Origin: an uncultured Chloroflexia bacterium
GTDB lineage: Bacteria > Chloroflexota > Limnocylindria > Limnocylindrales > CSP1-4
DNA length: 64,000 nt
Direction of reading: 5' to 3'
NCBI GenBank assembly: GCA_963763775.1
Contig: CAVXPZ010000004.1
Location: 288,001-352,000 of the forward strand
Positions within the stretch are counted from its first letter, which is position 1; every line of letters starts with the position of its first letter. Of the stretch, positions 60,356 through 64,000 are shown piece after piece. Both the position numbers and the translations under genes were made by a program. The notes beneath the pieces were generated by a model. The model worked only from the letters and a program-made list of their open reading frames with translations. It did not search any database and was not told the DNA's origin.

Positions 60356-61721
60356 TTGCCCGTCGCCGCACCGCATCGGTCGCGTCCGCCGCTCGCTCAC
60401 CGCTCGGCCGTCCTGGCCGCGATGGCGTCGGTCCTGCTGGTCGTCGTCGGCGCGCTCGCCGCGACCCCCGTGGTCCGGGCCGCGGATCCGGCGCCGTCCG
60501 GTCCGACCGTCCTCGGCGCGAAGGTGACGTTCTCCGGTCGCGGCTACGGCCACGGGGTCGGGATGTCGCAATACGGCGCGCGCGGCCGGGCGATCGACGG
60601 CCAGGACGCCGCCACGATCCTCGCGCACTACTACCAGGGCACGACGCTCGGCGAGCTCACGCCGGCGCCCGACATCCGGGTGATGGTCCTGTATCAGTGG
60701 AAGGCGACGGCCTCGAAGCCGTTCACGCTCTTCGGCCGGGCCACGGACTGGAGCATCGTCGGGATCGCGGGCGATCTTCCCGGCCGATGCCCGATTGACC
60801 ATGACCCCGACCACGACGACCGCCGGCGGCACGACGGCGACCACCTGGCGCCTGCGGATCGTGGCCCCGACCGGCGAGGTGCTCCTGGACCGGGCGTCCG
60901 CGGGCAAGATGACGCTGCGCGGCGTGGACGAGACATCGCGGTTCCAGGTGACGTCGAGACCGGGCACGAACGACCTGTACCGCGGGTCGCTGCGCGTGCT
61001 CGGGTCGGCGGTCTCGCCGACCGTGTCGGTCGTCGACCGGCTGCCGCTCGAGCAGTACCTGCGCGGCGTCGTGCCGGCCGAGATGCCGACGAGCTGGCCG
61101 ATCGAGGCGCTGCGCGCACAGGCGATCGCCGCGCGGTCGTACGCGGCGCACAAGCTGCGGCCGGGCGTCTCCTATTTCGACACGTGGGACGACAGTCGCT
61201 CGCAGGTGTACCGCGGCGTCCTGGCGGAACGTCCGGCCACCGACGCGGCCATCGCCGACACGGCGGGGATCGTCCTGTGGAGCGGCAAGAAGGTCGCCAA
61301 TGCGATGTTCCACTCCACGGGCGGCGGCGCGACCGAGAACAACGAGAACGTCTACGTCTCCGCCACCGGCAAGAAGGTCGCCGGCGCGGTGAGCTACCTG
61401 CGCGGGTCGCCCGACCGGCGCGAGGACGGCACGGCGTACGACGACGCGGCGCCGTACGCGACGTGGACGATGAAGGCGTACAAGCGCACGACGCTGTCGG
61501 GATGGTTCGCGGCGGATCCACGGACGAACGTCGGCACGTTGACGGCGCTCGACCTTCGGCACCGCGGCGTCTCGGGGCGGCTCATCAGCGTGACGCTCAT
61601 CGGATCGAAGGGGAAGAAGACCGTCTCGGGTGACGTGTTCCGGTCGATCCTCGACCGCGCCCGGCCGACGGGCGACCCGATGCTCCGCAGCACGCTCTTC
61701 GACACGTCTCCGATCCCCTGA
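60356..61721 (+). CDS. SpoIID/LytB domain protein (frameshift near 60790)
   Basis: GRGYGHGVGMSQYGA; YLRGVVPAEMP, ALRAQAIAARSY, SQVY. Confidence 0.88.
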
Positions 61722-61762
61722 CCAGGACGCGAGCCTGACCGGCGACGGTATGCTCGACGGCG

Positions 61763-62353
61763 ATGGCCGACATCGACCCCCGACCGCGATGCGCCTGGTC
61801 GAGCGCCTCGAGCCCGAACCCGGACCCCTTGATGGTCGCCTACCACGACGACGAATGGGGCACGCCCGTCACCGACGACCTCGAGCTCTTCGAGCGGCTG
61901 GCCCTCGAATCCTTCCAGGCCGGCCTGTCGTGGTCGACGATCCTTCGCAAGCGCGCGACCTTCCGCGCCGCGTTCCGAGGATTCGAACCGGGCACTGTCG
62001 CCCGGTTCGATGACGCCGATCGGGACCGGCTGATGGCCGATGCGGGGATCGTCCGCAATCGCGCCAAGATCGATGCCACCATCTCGAACGCCGGCTTGTT
62101 CCTCGAGACGTCGGCGGCGTTCGGGTCCTTCGATGCCTACCTGCGCTCGGTGGTGCCGGGGCCGCCGGCGCGACTGCCGCGCAGCGCGGGCTTCGGCGAC
62201 ATCCCGGCGACGACGACGGCCTCGGACGCGCTGTCGGCTGACCTGCGCCGGCGCGGCTTCCGGTTCGTCGGCTCGACGATCGTGTACGCGTTCATGCAGA
62301 GCGTGGGCCTCGTCGACGACCACGTGTCGACCTGCTTCCGGTACCGCGGCTGA
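61763..62353 (+). CDS. tag: DNA-3-methyladenine glycosylase I
   Basis: RCAW, YHDDEWG, LESFQAGLSW, IVRNRAKI, FVGST...DDH...C. Confidence 0.95.
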   Translation: MADIDPRPRCAWSSASSPNPDPLMVAYHDDEWGTPVTDDLELFERLALESFQAGLSWSTILRKRATFRAAFRGFEPGTVARFDDADRDRLMADAGIVRNRAKIDATISNAGLFLETSAAFGSFDAYLRSVVPGPPARLPRSAGFGDIPATTTASDALSADLRRRGFRFVGSTIVYAFMQSVGLVDDHVSTCFRYRG

Positions 62354-62361
62354 GCCATCGC

Positions 62362-63213
62362 TCACAGATCCCGGCGAGCCAGGCGCCAGCCGGCGAGCCC
62401 GAGCACGATCGCGACCCAGACGACCGACCAGAGGACGAATCCCAGCGGCGGCGACTGGAGGGCGAAGAACGGGTTGGCGGCCAGCCCCTCAGGGCTCCGG
62501 CCGGTGGCGAGCAGCGCGGCGGCGGGTGGCTCCAGGCCGTAGACGACCCCGCGCCAGAGGCCGTCGCTGGGAAAGAGCCACCGGCTCGCTTCCGCGGCGC
62601 CAGCGAGCGACTGGAGGTCGAAGGCCGACGCGACGGCGGCCATCACCCCCGCCATCCAGCCGACGCCGAACGCCACCACGGCCACCGCCCCGGCGCCGAT
62701 GGCCGGCAGGACCGATCCGAGGGCCAGCGTCAGCGACATGAGGAGCACGGCCTGCGCGGCGAGGAACGCCAGCGCCAGCACGGGCTGCGGTGGCCCGAAC
62801 CCGCTGATCGCGGTCACGACGAGGATGGCCAGCGCCCCGGATGCCGCGGTGTAGAGGACCACCACGAGGGCCAGGCCGAGCCATCGGCCCAGGAGGAAGT
62901 CCGCGCGGCGGATCGGACGCGCGAGCAAGGCCAGGGCCACGCCGGATTCGATGTCGCCGCCGATCGCCGGTGCTCCCAGGAAGGCCGCGGTCATCGCGAG
63001 GACGAAACTGAACATGAAGGCGATGAGGATCAGCACCTGCGAGACGCCGACCCGGATCTCGAGCTCAGGGACTCCCTCCTCGCGCGCGAGCGTCACGAGG
63101 CGCTCGACCCCGAAGGCGACGAGCCCCACGGAGACGATCGTCAAGGCGGCGAGCAGCCAGACGATCCGTCGGCGGACGAGCTCGCGGATCGTCAGCCGGG
63201 CGATGACGATCAC
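62362..63213 (-). CDS. ABC transporter permease
   Basis: DIESG..LLARPIRR...LGRW; C-terminal RRDL. Confidence 0.88.
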   Translation of the reverse strand: MIVIARLTIRELVRRRIVWLLAALTIVSVGLVAFGVERLVTLAREEGVPELEIRVGVSQVLILIAFMFSFVLAMTAAFLGAPAIGGDIESGVALALLARPIRRADFLLGRWLGLALVVVLYTAASGALAILVVTAISGFGPPQPVLALAFLAAQAVLLMSLTLALGSVLPAIGAGAVAVVAFGVGWMAGVMAAVASAFDLQSLAGAAEASRWLFPSDGLWRGVVYGLEPPAAALLATGRSPEGLAANPFFALQSPPLGFVLWSVVWVAIVLGLAGWRLARRDL

Positions 63214-64000
63214 GGGACCGGCGCCCCGCGGTCGTGGCCGACGAGTTCGAGGAACCGCGCTTCCAGCGAGCCGCGGCCGGGCTCGACGGCATGGACCCGG
63301 CCACCGGCCGCGACGATGGCCGCCACGAGGTCAGGGACCCGGTCGGCCGCCAGGGGATGGAAGGTCAGCCACTCGCCGTCGTCCTGGGGCGAGCCGAACG
63401 ACCCCAGCGTCGAACGCGCGTCGCCAGCCAGACCGGTGACGCGGATCCGCACGCCGTCGCCGGCGACGATGTCGTCGAGGCTGCCGGAGGCGACGACCCG
63501 GCCGTGGTTGACGATGACGACACGGTCGCAGACGCGCTCGACCTCGGTGAGCAGGTGCGAGTTCAGGATGACCGTGGCGCCGCGGTCGCGCGCCGCGCGG
63601 ACGATCTCGCGGACATCGGTCCGACCGACCGGATCGAGGGCGGACGTGGGCTCGTCGAGCAGCACGAGGTCCGGGGATCCGAGGAGGGCGACGCCGAGGC
63701 CGAGTCGCTGCTGCATCCCCTTGGAGAACGCGCCGACGGCGTCATCGGCGCGGTCCGCGAGGTCGACCTGGGCGAGGGCCTCCACCGCCGCCGTGGCCCG
63801 GCCTGTGGCCGGGATCCCGGCGAGTTCCGCGTGGAGGAGCAGCACCTCCCTGGCCCGGAGCCACGGCTGGTACCGGAAGAGTTCGGGGAGGTAGCCGATC
63901 CGGCGTCGCGCGGCGCGGTCGCCGAGCGGCGCCCCGAGCACGCGACCGGACCCGCTGGACGGCCGCGACAGCCCGAGCAGGAGTTTCACGGCGGTGGTCT
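63210..64000 (-). CDS. ABC transporter ATP-binding protein (5' end outside the window)
   Basis: FSKGMQQR, LDEPT, NSH; the Walker A end (KTT) is at the window edge. Confidence 0.9.
   Translation of the reverse strand, partial: TTAVKLLLGLSRPSSGSGRVLGAPLGDRAARRRIGYLPELFRYQPWLRAREVLLLHAELAGIPATGRATAAVEALAQVDLADRADDAVGAFSKGMQQRLGLGVALLGSPDLVLLDEPTSALDPVGRTDVREIVRAARDRGATVILNSHLLTEVERVCDRVVIVNHGRVVASGSLDDIVAGDGVRIRVTGLAGDARSTLGSFGSPQDDGEWLTFHPLAADRVPDLVAAIVAAGGRVHAVEPGRGSLEARFLELVGHDRGAPVP

Overview
Very GC-rich (roughly 70% or more, by eye) bacterial chromosomal window with about 60 protein-coding genes. Gene content and style (F420-type LLM oxidoreductase, PAC2, DUF2089 operon, multi-GAF NarL-type kinase, SpoIID, many leaderless genes) suggest a Terrabacteria soil or freshwater organism; my best guess is Chloroflexota (Limnocylindria-like), and this is inference only. 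Many genes, especially in 1.5-14.4 kb, carry single-base frameshifts that look like long-read assembly errors. I found no rRNA, tRNA, transposase, integrase or Cas gene. Main observations: (1) two separate gene-free regions (about 23.56-23.93 kb and 35.9-36.36 kb) each hold about six copies of one degenerate 15-bp palindrome, AGTCA(C/T)(C/G)-N-(G/C)(G/A)TGACT, at quasi-regular intervals of about 51-82 bp (one 119-bp gap) with unique spacers, which no feature type I know explains; (2) a c-di-GMP-I riboswitch directly upstream of an unannotated 35-aa membrane peptide; (3) an apparent fusion of a GIY-YIG-like domain to GreA; (4) a degenerate GGDEF protein that keeps its RxxD I-site; (5) a 7-GAF/4-PAS histidine kinase of about 2030 aa; (6) paired operator-like sites flanking a WYL regulator; (7) pervasive leaderless promoters.
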